From: Myxococcota bacterium
GTDB taxonomy: Bacteria; Myxococcota_A; UBA9160; SMWR01
NCBI GenBank assembly: GCA_041579295.1
Contig: JBFGGA010000002.1
Span: 1 to 50,336 of the forward strand
DNA: 50,336 bases
Direction of reading: 5' to 3'
The number at the start of each line of letters is the position of its first letter. Position 1 is the stretch's first letter. Below are positions 11,401-19,877 of the stretch, piece by piece. The notes below the pieces were generated by a model. The model did not search any database. It saw only the letters and a list, made by a program, of their open reading frames with translations, and was not told where the DNA came from. A program made the position numbers and the translations under genes.

Positions 11401-11534
11401 GATCCCACCTGCTCTGCCTGGACGGAAACAGCCTTCGCGAGCTGCTGATGCAGATGCCCGAGATTTCCTTCGCGATGTTCCGGGTTCTCGTGGAGCGGGT
11501 GCGGCAGGCAGAGGATCCGATTCGCAGCGGCTGA
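8469..11534 (+). CDS. multidomain membrane protein: TLC/NTT-like (MFS-fold) transporter domain + HEAT-repeat region + C-terminal cyclic-nucleotide-binding domain
   Basis: 1021 aa, with AGGAG upstream of the ATG. N-terminal ~430 aa has ~11-12 hydrophobic helices and the stretch HLWTFTADYFDTVASKRIVPLLTIGASIGGVVGG, reminiscent of ATP/ADP translocase. Central repeats are of the D-P-x-x-x-V-R-x-A-A type (HPSVDVRSACATALA, DPEARVRIAAIDGLV, DPDPVVRAEAARRGG, DADPGVRAAALKRTA, DRDPRVRSAAVYLLA, DPSAEVQFAAGSALI). C-terminal CAP-type signature FGEMAVLHDGTRTATVVA. Confidence 0.85.
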   Translation: MPMQGRTDLFWRVFSDVRAQERSRFLFFAGLAALVSLAQTLGLTGAEALFLAEVGIEYLPITIICGSISTVLGFAIYAARVGDVRNDSFFIQMLVGAGVALSATTSGIWLQIPGVAVFLICFFFVTQAIFVNHLWTFTADYFDTVASKRIVPLLTIGASIGGVVGGLVAVVMTGIAGAASLIVGWAIFLLAAASMVRIGRSRLRSWGPIDLEEADETSVEGIRGAIRYVRASKLGSALLVSAIGMILALVVARYMWLDAFALRFPDPADLAAFIGLFLAVTNALEIAIEMWVTPWVIRHLGVPGSNLIHPTLTLLSFGGLAYQYNIVSGSLARMNGEMLENALANPIRALLCNAIPLRFRGRVRAFIEGIAVYAGMSIGGAVLWALGSPEPFWLAVAGGFASAIYLVANIGVRREYVRTLVDQLRAGRIDLESLGDGIGKWEASRLAELWEELIRREGDRPSKSLLKLIKALADQGIVEPLLRALTHPSVDVRSACATALASTGRRDSAAALESSLDDPEARVRIAAIDGLVRLGGESRLGPRLHRLLEDPDPVVRAEAARRGGTPGAIALEKMIGSPDPAESIAALKGAPPALRAAVETRIRDADPGVRAAALKRTAEIAAEPSIEMEELRTALADRDPRVRSAAVYLLANVEGEEALEALAAALADPSAEVQFAAGSALISHGDAAADAIEGHLRGECERAVAAALRVAAHLGPDQSTRILHRELRRRARELWYWMIAQQRVTTDGGLANRFLRTAFLDGVARNQRIAFRILEFLEGSSVVRNIEKALRFGTTRARGDALEILSHLGDREAARLLVIFYESGSLADRIEMIHKYVSVPDDLQQMIENALKSDSRWIRMGALDFVDGVDRKPREEAIMERLLALKEIPLFKNLSLDQLEAVHQITKEVEYLPGEVILRQDELGDELYLLLEGRVRIFTNYGMPTEDEKPSQSAVSSFGEMAVLHDGTRTATVVAAERSHLLCLDGNSLRELLMQMPEISFAMFRVLVERVRQAEDPIRSG

Positions 11535-11669
11535 AGCTCGAGCTTTGCCCGAGAGCGATTCGGCGAGAACCCCGAGTGCGGTCCGGACGCGGCCCTCCCC
11601 GCGCCGGGCGCTTGCGAAACCCGCGATTCGGGCTCATCCTGCTGGCGTGGAGGGGGGTGCCCGGGCCAC

Positions 11670-12125
11670 GTGATTACGAGCACGATGTCCACGCTGATCG
11701 GCGCGGAGCGCGATCGGATCTGGCGCGCGATCACGGATCCGAGCGAACTGCTTCGCTGGGACGAACAGCTCGTCGCGCTGCTCGACCCGGCTCCCGACTT
11801 TCCGCGGCTCGGCCAGCGGGTGCGCTGGCGGTACCGGATCGGATCGGTCCCGGTGGTGATCCATCAAACCATCCGGGAGGTCCAGCCGGGTGAGATCCTG
11901 CAATCGGCGATCTCCCGCGGCGTCTTCTCTTTTGAAGAGACCTACACGCTCGCGGACGAGGTCGCGCTGCCCGATCGGACCCGGCTGAGCCTGCGAGTCG
12001 TCACGTCCAACTCGACGCCGGTCGTGGGCGGCTCGATGGATCGATTCGCGATCCGGCGCCTGTCCGCGGAGCTGATCGATTCGCGCCTGCGCGCGGTTCA
12101 AAAATGGTGTGAGAACCACGCCTGA
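11670..12125 (+). CDS. SRPBCC (START/Bet v1-like) family protein
   Basis: 151 aa. IGAERDRIWRAITDPSELLRW matches the typical SRPBCC N-terminal strand-helix. Start uncertain (GTG 11670 or ATG 11685). Confidence 0.7.
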   Translation: MITSTMSTLIGAERDRIWRAITDPSELLRWDEQLVALLDPAPDFPRLGQRVRWRYRIGSVPVVIHQTIREVQPGEILQSAISRGVFSFEETYTLADEVALPDRTRLSLRVVTSNSTPVVGGSMDRFAIRRLSAELIDSRLRAVQKWCENHA

Positions 12126-12150
12126 ACGACGCGCCGAAGGAGCGCCGTCG

Positions 12151-13407
12151 ATGACCGCGCACCGCGCGAACGGTTGGACGGGCGGGCAATACAGCGTCTA
12201 CCGATGGGCGCTCGGCGCCTACCTGCTCGGACAATTCGCGCGCCTGGTCCCTTCGGCCTCCGAGATCTCGCAGGGTGCGGGCGCGGCGCAAGCGATCGCG
12301 CCGGAGCCCCTGCTCGCGGATTCGCCGGCGCCGATCGCCGCGCTGCTCGTCGCCGCCAGCGCAGCGAGCCTCCTCCTCGCGATCGGGCTGCGCGATCGCG
12401 TCGCGAGCCTGCTGCTGCTGGCTTGCCTGATCGCCCTCCACCTCGGAGCGGATCCCCGGATCGCGAGCCCTCTGCTCGCGAATGCGGGCGCACCCTTCAT
12501 CGGCTGGCTGCTGGCCGCACACGCCTTCGCTCCGCGCCGGCCCTACGGCTCGTGGGACGCCCGCGGGCGAATCGACCCCGCAGGCGACTGGCGCCTGCCC
12601 GAATGGCTCCACGTCGCCACCTGGGCCGCGCTCGCGATCGGAGTCGCGTACCTCGGCGCGGCCAAGCTCGCGAATCCGTCGTGGATCGACGGGAGCGCGC
12701 TATCGCGAGCGCTGAGCGACCCGCAGGTGCGGCCGGGGCCCCTGGCAGAGCTCGCCCTGCTGCTGCCGCCGCCGCTGCTCGCGCTCGCGACCTGGAGCAC
12801 ACTCGCGCTCGAGATCGGCTTCGCGCCACTCGCGTTCCTGAGAAGCGCGCGGCCGTGGGCCTGGCTCGCGCTCCTCGGCGCGCAGCTGTTTTCGCTGGCC
12901 CTGGGCGAGTTCGCGGGCTTGAACTCGGCGACGCTGATGCTCCAGCTCCTCGCCTTCGATCCCGCCTGGGTGCGGGGCGACACAGCGGCGAGACCCGCGC
13001 TGATCTTCTACGACGGCGGCTGCGGCCTGTGTCACCGATTCGTGCGCTTCGCGCTCGCCGAGGACCGCGAAGGCGAACGGTTCCGCTTCGCCCCGCTCGA
13101 GGGCAACGCGTTCGCGGCCATTCGAGACGATGCCGCTCGGACGCAAGCGCTCGGCGGGGCCGATGGCATCGTGCTGTGGCTGTCCCACGGGCGGCTGTTG
13201 GTCCGCGGCGCGGCGATGCTCGAGATCGCAACGCGGCTGGGCGGGCTGTGGCGCGTGGCGGCGGGCGCGGCGCGCGCGCTGCCCCCGCGCTGGCTCGACG
13301 CGGTCTACGACGGCATCGCGAAGATCCGCCACCGGCTCTTCGCGGCCCCGCCGGAAGCCTGTCCGGTCCTGCCCGCGAAGCTGCGCGCGCGCTTCGACCT
13401 CTCCTGA
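12151..13407 (+). CDS. fusion protein: polytopic membrane domain + C-terminal DCC-family (DUF393) thiol-disulfide oxidoreductase
   Basis: ATG 12151 is preceded by GAAGGAG. The N-terminal ~290 aa is hydrophobic with multiple helices. C-terminal ALIFYDGGCGLCHRFVRFALAED carries the DCC CxxC motif. Confidence 0.75.
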   Translation: MTAHRANGWTGGQYSVYRWALGAYLLGQFARLVPSASEISQGAGAAQAIAPEPLLADSPAPIAALLVAASAASLLLAIGLRDRVASLLLLACLIALHLGADPRIASPLLANAGAPFIGWLLAAHAFAPRRPYGSWDARGRIDPAGDWRLPEWLHVATWAALAIGVAYLGAAKLANPSWIDGSALSRALSDPQVRPGPLAELALLLPPPLLALATWSTLALEIGFAPLAFLRSARPWAWLALLGAQLFSLALGEFAGLNSATLMLQLLAFDPAWVRGDTAARPALIFYDGGCGLCHRFVRFALAEDREGERFRFAPLEGNAFAAIRDDAARTQALGGADGIVLWLSHGRLLVRGAAMLEIATRLGGLWRVAAGAARALPPRWLDAVYDGIAKIRHRLFAAPPEACPVLPAKLRARFDLS

Positions 13408-13425
13408 CGCCCCGCGCGCGACGCT

Positions 13426-14706
13426 TCAGATGTGAAGCTCTTCGGGAACCCAGCGCGCGGGGTCTTCGAAGCGCTCGCGGGTCAGCGCGCCGAGGTCGCA
13501 GGATTCGAAGCGACCGCTCGCGATGAGGGCGGCCATCTCGCGACCCACCGCGTAGGACTGCATGACGCCGCGCCCGGTGAACGAGTGCGCCTCGAAGAGA
13601 TTCTCGAAGCCGCCGACCTTGCCCGCGATGCCGCTGCAATCGGGCGTGACCGCGTAGAGTCCCGCCCATCCGCGCACGTGGCCGCAACGCTCGAAGCTGC
13701 TCGAGCGATGAGCCAGCCGCTGCCAGATCTCGTTCTCGAAGAAGTCGTTGCCGTCGTAGTCGAAATCGAAGCCGGGCGCCTCGTCGACGACCGAGAAGCC
13801 CGCGAGAACGTGGGGGCCCTCGGGGTGAAAGTAGAGTCCGCTGGCGTCCACGATCATGCCGAGATCCGCCAACGCGACCCCGGGCGAAACGTCCTCGCGG
13901 TGGATGTCGACCAGGCAGATCTGGCGGCGGACGGCCTCGGTCACGTCCGAGACTCCGATCTTCGCCGAGAAGATCGGAGACCAAGCACCGAGGCAGTTGA
14001 CCACCACGTCACAGGAAATGCGGGTCTCGCCGGACTGCTTGTCGAGCGGGACGCGGTGGGTGGTTAGGATCTCGCGGATCGTGCCGCCCGTGTCCGCGAT
14101 TTCTCCGCGCTCCACCTCGATCACGTCGACGGCAGCGACGCGGCGCCGACTTCCCGCGGCGCCCGCGACGCGCTGTGTCACCGCGCCGGCCACGTAGTGT
14201 CGATTTCGGAACACGACGCCCATGCGCTCGGCCTCGGAGCGGTACCACGCTCGGACGGCGTTCGGATTCACCAGGCCGTCGCGAGGTGAGAAGGTGGCAC
14301 CGACGATCTCGTCGAGGTTGCGGTCGAGGATCGGGAAGCGCTCGGCGGTTTCGGCCGTCGACAGGAGCTCGACACCGAGTCCACAGTCGTTCTGGGACTT
14401 CCGCTTCTCGATCGCCTGCGCGTAGAGCTCGGGATCGGAATAGAGCCAGAGGTAGCCGCGGTCGCGGAATCCGAAGGTCGCCGCGTTGTCTCGAAAGAAA
14501 TCGAGCGTCGCGCGACACGAGTGGATGTTCACGGGCTGCCACCAGGTGGCTCGCACGCCCCCGGCGTTCAACTCCGAAGACGCGTAGACGCCGGCGAGAT
14601 CGAGATCGACGACGACGATGCCGCTCACGCCGCGGCTGGCCAACGCCCAGGCGATCGATGTTCCGACGATGCCGCCACCCACGATGAGAACGTCTGCGCG
14701 TTCCAT
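13426..14706 (-). CDS. FAD-dependent oxidoreductase (DAO family; sarcosine/D-amino-acid oxidase-like)
   Basis: 426 aa. N-terminal dinucleotide fold DVLIVGGGIVGTSIAWALASRG. Length and layout are typical of the DAO family. Confidence 0.85.
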   Translation of the reverse strand: MERADVLIVGGGIVGTSIAWALASRGVSGIVVVDLDLAGVYASSELNAGGVRATWWQPVNIHSCRATLDFFRDNAATFGFRDRGYLWLYSDPELYAQAIEKRKSQNDCGLGVELLSTAETAERFPILDRNLDEIVGATFSPRDGLVNPNAVRAWYRSEAERMGVVFRNRHYVAGAVTQRVAGAAGSRRRVAAVDVIEVERGEIADTGGTIREILTTHRVPLDKQSGETRISCDVVVNCLGAWSPIFSAKIGVSDVTEAVRRQICLVDIHREDVSPGVALADLGMIVDASGLYFHPEGPHVLAGFSVVDEAPGFDFDYDGNDFFENEIWQRLAHRSSSFERCGHVRGWAGLYAVTPDCSGIAGKVGGFENLFEAHSFTGRGVMQSYAVGREMAALIASGRFESCDLGALTRERFEDPARWVPEELHI

Positions 14707-14792
14707 CCCGCCCAGATGCTAGCCCAGGGCCCCCGCGCGTCGGCGCGCTCGCCGCGCCAAGCCGCTCGATCCGAGTGGCCGGCGCTGCCGGC

Positions 14793-16103
14793 CTACCCCG
14801 GCGCGGCGGACGCCACGCTCTCGCGCACGACCGCGAGCAGCTCCGTCAGGTCGTCGTCCGGAATGTTGAGTGAAGGCGCCACGTAGACCACGTTTCCGAT
14901 CGGCCGCAGGTAGACGCCGCGCCGCTGGGCCTCGCTGTAGACCCGCCAGCCGAGCTGCGCGAGGTAACCGCCTTCGCCTTCCAGGTCGAGGGCGCCGATC
15001 ATCCCGATCGAGCGCGTCTGCGAGACGCCGGGGAGCTCGCGCATCGCCTCGAACGCGCGGGCGATCTGCTCGGCCTTCGGCTTCGAGCGATCGAGGACGT
15101 GCTCGTCCTCGAATACCTCGAGCACTTCCCGCGCGACCGCCGCGCCGAGCGGATTGCCACAGAAGGTGTGTCCGTAGTAGAAGGCGCGCTCCGCGTCGCC
15201 GAGGAACCCGTCGAAGATGCGGTCGGTGGCGAGGGTCGCCGCCATCGGCAAGAGTCCACCCGTGAAGGCCTTCGAGGTGCACAGCAGATCGGGGGCGATG
15301 CCCGCGTGCTCGCAGGCCCACATCGGCCCGGTTCGCCCGTATCCGGTGAAGACCTCGTCGCAGATCAAGAAGACGTCGTGGCGGTCGCAGAGCTCGCGGG
15401 CGGCGCGAAGCATCGCGGGATCGTAGATCCGCATGCCGGCGGCCCCCTGCACGATCGATTCGAAGACCACGCCCGCGATCGTGTCGGCGTTGCGCGCAAT
15501 GGCCGCCTCGAGCGCTTCGAGGCAGCGGGGCAGCTGCGCGGTGTCGCGCGCGGGGGGGACGTAGAGACACTCGAGCAGCACTCTGGAAAAGGGCCTGCGA
15601 AATACCTCCACCCCGCCGAGCGCCGTCGTGCCGATCGTGTCGCCGTGGTAGCCCTCTTCCAGCGCCACGAAACGGGTCCGCTCGGGGCGGCCGTTCTGCG
15701 CCCAGTACTGGAGCGAGAGCTTCATCGCGACCTCGATCGACGTCGCGCCGTTGTCGCTGTAGAAGACGTGCGACAAACCGTCGGGGGCGACAGCGCACAA
15801 CGCCTCCGCGAGCTCGGACGCCGGCGCGTGTGTGATCCCGCCCAGCGCCGTGTGGCAGAGCACCTCCGACTGCCGGCGCAGAGCTTCCACCAGACGCGGG
15901 TGATTGTGGCCGACGACCGACGTCCACCAGGATGCGTTGGCATCGATGTAGCTGCACCCGTCGGCGCCGATCAGTCGCGAGCCGGACGCCTCGACGATCA
16001 CGAGCGGATCGACGCTCTTCCGGTAGGCGCTCATCTCCGTGTAGGGGTGCCACACGTAGCGCTTGTCGAGCTCGACGATGCGGTCGGATGAATCCCCCGG
16101 CAT
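14793..16103 (-). CDS. bioA: adenosylmethionine-8-amino-7-oxononanoate aminotransferase
   Basis: 436 aa from MPGDSSDRIVELDKRYVWHPYTEM. BioA-type motifs: SWWTSVVGHNHP, YSDNGATSIEVAMKLSLQYW, GYHGDTIG, CDEVFTGYGRTG, TSKAFTGG, GHTFCGNPLG, LRPIGNVVYVAP. The upstream 96 codons of the track ORF overlap the preceding gene and were dropped. Confidence 0.85.
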   Translation of the reverse strand: MPGDSSDRIVELDKRYVWHPYTEMSAYRKSVDPLVIVEASGSRLIGADGCSYIDANASWWTSVVGHNHPRLVEALRRQSEVLCHTALGGITHAPASELAEALCAVAPDGLSHVFYSDNGATSIEVAMKLSLQYWAQNGRPERTRFVALEEGYHGDTIGTTALGGVEVFRRPFSRVLLECLYVPPARDTAQLPRCLEALEAAIARNADTIAGVVFESIVQGAAGMRIYDPAMLRAARELCDRHDVFLICDEVFTGYGRTGPMWACEHAGIAPDLLCTSKAFTGGLLPMAATLATDRIFDGFLGDAERAFYYGHTFCGNPLGAAVAREVLEVFEDEHVLDRSKPKAEQIARAFEAMRELPGVSQTRSIGMIGALDLEGEGGYLAQLGWRVYSEAQRRGVYLRPIGNVVYVAPSLNIPDDDLTELLAVVRESVASAAPG

Positions 16104-16119
16104 CTGCGTCCACCAGCGC

Positions 16120-17148
16120 CTAGAGCACGAGCTCGGCCAGCAATCGAACCGCCTCGGGCTGGTGGGCGCCCAACAGCAGCGTCGTCGCCGGAGACGCCTT
16201 CCAGGCCTGGATGCGATCCGCGATCCTGTCGCGCGTCCCGATGAGCGAGATCGCATCCGCGAGCTCGTCGGGTACCGCGGCGAGCGCTTCGTCCTTCTTC
16301 CCGTCGAGATACAGATCCTGGATCTTCGTCGCCGCCGCTTCGTAGCCGAGCCGCGTCGCGTAGTCGGTATAGAAGTTCTTCCCGCGCGCACCCATCCCTC
16401 CGATGTAGAGGGCGAGCATGCCCTTCACGGGAATCCGACAGCTCTCGAGATCGTCCCCGACGACGCAGGTCACGAACGGCGCGATGTCGAAGTCGCGCAT
16501 GCTCTTGGCGCCACCGGCGTCGGCGATTCCCTCTTCGATGAACGGCACGAGCGCCTCCGGTTTGCCGGGGTCCATCCAGACGGGAAATACGCCGTCGGCC
16601 ACCTCCCCGCTGCAGGCGAGTCCCTTCGGCGTGATCGCGGCGGTGTAGATCTTCAGATCCGGTCGGCCGTGGAGAATGCTCTTGAGCGGTTTGCCGAGCC
16701 CCGTCGCGCCCTCTCCGGTGAAGGGGATCTGGTAGTGGTAGCCCTTGTGCTCGAGTCGATGCTCTCGCGCGAGGATCTTGCGCACGATGCTCACGTACTC
16801 TCGCGTTCTCGTGAGGGGGCGCCCGTAGGCGACTCCGTGCCAACCCTCCACAACCTGGGGGCCGGAGGGTCCGATTCCGAGGGTGAAGCGCCCGCCGGAG
16901 AGTCGGTCGAGGGTCATCGCCGTCATCGCAGCCATCGCGGGCGTTCGAGCCGGCATCTGCATGATCGCCGTACCGAGTCCGATCCGGCTCGTCTTCGCCG
17001 CGATGAACGTGAGGGGGACGACCGCGTCGCATCCGTAGGCTTCGGCGGTCCACACCGAGCTGTAGCCGAGGCGCTCCGCCTCGAGGATCAGATCGTAGTC
17101 GATGCGTATGTCGGGCCCGAAATAACCGGTGAGTAGACCGAGTCGCAT
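16120..17148 (-). CDS. luciferase-like monooxygenase (LLM) class flavin/F420-dependent oxidoreductase
   Basis: 342 aa. Motifs [56 protein letters not shown] and VVEGWHG are typical of LLM TIM-barrels. Confidence 0.85.
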   Translation of the reverse strand: MRLGLLTGYFGPDIRIDYDLILEAERLGYSSVWTAEAYGCDAVVPLTFIAAKTSRIGLGTAIMQMPARTPAMAAMTAMTLDRLSGGRFTLGIGPSGPQVVEGWHGVAYGRPLTRTREYVSIVRKILAREHRLEHKGYHYQIPFTGEGATGLGKPLKSILHGRPDLKIYTAAITPKGLACSGEVADGVFPVWMDPGKPEALVPFIEEGIADAGGAKSMRDFDIAPFVTCVVGDDLESCRIPVKGMLALYIGGMGARGKNFYTDYATRLGYEAAATKIQDLYLDGKKDEALAAVPDELADAISLIGTRDRIADRIQAWKASPATTLLLGAHQPEAVRLLAELVL

Positions 17149-17271
17149 GGGAAGACCTCAGTTGGGGTGAGCCTGCGCCCGCAGCATACCGGATCTGGAT
17201 GCGCAGTGGAGACGCAGTCGTCGGCGACACGGCTGTGAAGTCGGGATCGCGTCTTGCCGAAAAGAGGCAAT

Positions 17272-18300
17272 GTGGCGGTAGACCGACATCGCGCCCAAGG
17301 TCGCATCCGTTGCGCGTCGCCGCGCGCCGCCCGCACGGCCCAGGCGTTCCTATGCGCCTGGCTCGCACTCTGCGGGCCGCTCGGCGGCGCGCAGGCGGTG
17401 CTCATCGAGACCGGCGACGGGACCGGAAACGTCAGCGCCCCGCCCGACGATCCGGGCTGGGCGAATGTCGGAGAGCGGAGCAACCTGACCGTCGTGTATC
17501 TGGGGCGGCGCTGGGTGCTGACCGCCGCTCACGTCGGCGCGGGAGACGTCGTCTTCGAGGGACAGACCTACTCTCCCGTGCCGGGCTCGGCGATCCAGTT
17601 CGAGAATCCGGACACCAGCCCGGCCGACCTCATGGTCTTCAAGGTCTTCGGGAGCCCGGGCCTGCCCCGGCTCGACATTCCCAGCTCGCCACCGGTGGTC
17701 GGCGATTCGCTCGTCGCGATCGGTCAGGGCCTGAACCGCGGCAGCGCGACCAGCTTCATGGGGATCGGCGGCTACGAGTGGGGAATCGGCAATAGCATGC
17801 GCTGGGGCACCAACTTCGTCTCGGAAGTCGATCTGTGGGTGGACACTTCCTACAGCTTCGCGGCGACGTTCAGCGACCCGCTGGATCCGAGCGCCACCCC
17901 CGACGAAGCCGCGGGCGCGAACGGAGACTCGGGTGGCGCAGCGTTCATCGAGATCGGAGGCGATTGGCATCTGGCGGGCATCATCTTCTCGATCAGCCAG
18001 TACGTCGGCCAGCCGAGCAACACGTCGATCTACGGCAACGAGCTCTTCGCGGTGGACCTCTCGTTCTATCGCGATGACATCCTGGCGGTGATCGAGCAGA
18101 AGAGCTGCTCGGATGGCCTCGACGACGACGGCGACGGCTTCACGGACTACCCCGCAGATCCGGAGTGCGCGAGCCCCAACGACGACTCGGAATCGATTCC
18201 GGGCGTCGCCTCCCTCGCCATGGCCGGCAGGATCGCGCTGGTGGGATCGCTGCTGCTCGCGTTCGCCGCGCGTTCACGCGCCCGCGGCGCGGAGGCTTGA
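17272..18300 (+). CDS. secreted trypsin-like serine protease with C-terminal Asp-rich Cys-bracketed motif and sorting-signal-like anchor
   Basis: His motif WVLTAAHV and Ser motif GDSGGAAF. Signal peptide FLCAWLALCGPLGGAQA. C-terminus is CSDGLDDDGDGFTDYPADPEC, then IPGVASLAMAGRIALVGSLLLAFAARSRAR. Start uncertain: TTG 17254 (track) or GTG 17272 with AAGAGG 4 nt upstream. Confidence 0.8.
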   Translation: MAVDRHRAQGRIRCASPRAARTAQAFLCAWLALCGPLGGAQAVLIETGDGTGNVSAPPDDPGWANVGERSNLTVVYLGRRWVLTAAHVGAGDVVFEGQTYSPVPGSAIQFENPDTSPADLMVFKVFGSPGLPRLDIPSSPPVVGDSLVAIGQGLNRGSATSFMGIGGYEWGIGNSMRWGTNFVSEVDLWVDTSYSFAATFSDPLDPSATPDEAAGANGDSGGAAFIEIGGDWHLAGIIFSISQYVGQPSNTSIYGNELFAVDLSFYRDDILAVIEQKSCSDGLDDDGDGFTDYPADPECASPNDDSESIPGVASLAMAGRIALVGSLLLAFAARSRARGAEA

Positions 18301-18351
18301 GCCGCCGCGGCGAGCGAAACGGCCCGACGCGGCGAAGAGTCCGATCCGGGA

Positions 18352-18663
18352 TCAGCGGCGCTCGAGCCGACGCGCCTCGGGGTCGACGGCGGGCGGCCGG
18401 TAGCTGTAGCCCTGGGTGTCGAGCGCGATCGTTCGCGGGCCCTCGGCGGCATCGGCGGAGTCATCGAGAACCACGGTGACGGAGGTCGCGGCGCCGGCCT
18501 CGGAGGTCGGGTCGCAGGTCGTCTCCGGAGCGACGAGCCGCAGCGAGACCACGCCGATCGCGTCGTCGTCGGCGCGCACGGCCTGCACACCGGGCAGGCT
18601 CAGCGCCAGCGTCGCGATCGCGCTCAGGTAGCCGGCGCAGGTCTTCCAGTCGGGCGGTCTCAT
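18352..18663 (-). CDS. small secreted hypothetical protein (103 aa)
   Basis: ATG is preceded by GGAGA 5 nt upstream. Signal-peptide-like AGYLSAIATLALSLPGVQA. GC3 above 90 percent in this frame. No recognisable family. Confidence 0.6.
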   Translation of the reverse strand: MRPPDWKTCAGYLSAIATLALSLPGVQAVRADDDAIGVVSLRLVAPETTCDPTSEAGAATSVTVVLDDSADAAEGPRTIALDTQGYSYRPPAVDPEARRLERR

Positions 18664-18835
18664 GGATGTCTCCGCGCTGCCGTTCGCCTATCCTCTCTCC
18701 CAATCGGCGCATCGCCCCCAGAGCTTGACGCGAATTCGACGCCGACTGCATCTGCATTGCCCTGCTGCTGCGCTCGTGTTTCGCGGAAGCTGCGGAAGAA
18801 CTGCCGACCGGACGGCCCACCGAGCGGGAGGCTCC

Positions 18836-19876
18836 ATGCACCTCGTCACGTTCGAGCGCTCGAGCGCTCACCGCGACTGGAACGACACCGGCGCGCTGGA
18901 AGATGGGGCGATGGGCTTCGAATCGCTCGAACCCATGCGGCTGGGCTCGCGGCGGCTCGGCGCCGTTCTCTCGGTCGGCCAATACGCGGGATGGGTGGTG
19001 GACCTCAACCGCGCGCTCGCGATCAAGCTCGCCTACGACGACGTCGGCGCCCCGGAGATCGAGGCGGATTCGCTGGTGCCCACGGACATGCTCTCCTTCC
19101 TGCGCCTCGGCCGCGCGGCGATGAAGGCGGCGAAGACGGCGCTCGGCTTCGCGATCGAAACCCTCGGCTGCTACAACGCGCCCGATTTCCTGCGAGCCGG
19201 CGCCGTCGAGCCAGCGGGCCGCGTGCGCTTGTGTGCGCCGCTGCCGCGGCCGGGAAAGATCATCGGAGCAACACACGAAGATGTCGGTCCGGACACCTCG
19301 CACTCGGACGACTCCGCGACGCCGAGACTCTTCTTGAAGGCGCCGTCCGCGGTGATCGGGCCGGACGACGAGATCGCGCTCCCGGAACACGCGCGCCGCG
19401 TCTACTTCCAGGGGGCCCTGGCCGCCGTGATCGGGGAGCGGACCCGGAACGTCGCGGTCGCCGAAGCACTCGACCGCGTCGCGGGTTACTGCGCGGCCAA
19501 CGACGTAACCAGCCCTGAGATCGAAGACGCTTCGGTCGGCAGATCCTGCGACACCTTCGCACCCCTCGGACCGTGGCTGGTGACGGCGGACGAGGTGCCG
19601 GATCCCACGAATCTCGGCATCCGCTCCAGCGTGTCGGGCAAGGAGGTGCAGATCGCGAGGACCAAGGAGATGCGGTTTTCGATCGCGCAGATCATCGCAC
19701 ACGCGGCGCGGATCATGGCGCTCGAAGCGGGCGACGTGATACTCACGGGACCGCCCGCCGCCAGCGGAGCATCCGGGCTGCGCAAGCGCCGCCTTCGCGA
19801 CGGCGACCTCATCGAGGTCGAGGTCGAATCTCTGGGAAGGTTGCGCAATTACGTGAGGACGGCGAAGTCGAACTAG
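18836..19876 (+). CDS. fumarylacetoacetate hydrolase (FAH) family protein
   Basis: ATG 18836 with GGGAGG upstream; 346 aa. C-terminal FAH domain motifs are present (KAPSAVIGPDDEIALP, GALAAVIG, AANDVTS, DTFAPLGPWLVTADE, GDVILTGPP). Confidence 0.85.
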   Translation: MHLVTFERSSAHRDWNDTGALEDGAMGFESLEPMRLGSRRLGAVLSVGQYAGWVVDLNRALAIKLAYDDVGAPEIEADSLVPTDMLSFLRLGRAAMKAAKTALGFAIETLGCYNAPDFLRAGAVEPAGRVRLCAPLPRPGKIIGATHEDVGPDTSHSDDSATPRLFLKAPSAVIGPDDEIALPEHARRVYFQGALAAVIGERTRNVAVAEALDRVAGYCAANDVTSPEIEDASVGRSCDTFAPLGPWLVTADEVPDPTNLGIRSSVSGKEVQIARTKEMRFSIAQIIAHAARIMALEAGDVILTGPPAASGASGLRKRRLRDGDLIEVEVESLGRLRNYVRTAKSN

Positions 19877-19877
19877 A

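Noticed and set aside
6648-11408. 1586-aa ORF on the minus strand, the longest in the track
   Set aside because: It is antisense to the antiporter and the TLC-HEAT-cNMP genes. The translation is Arg/Gly/Pro/Asp-rich low-complexity sequence with no motifs. The sense-strand genes have clear domain signatures and SD sites. This is a typical stop-codon-poor antisense frame in GC-rich DNA.
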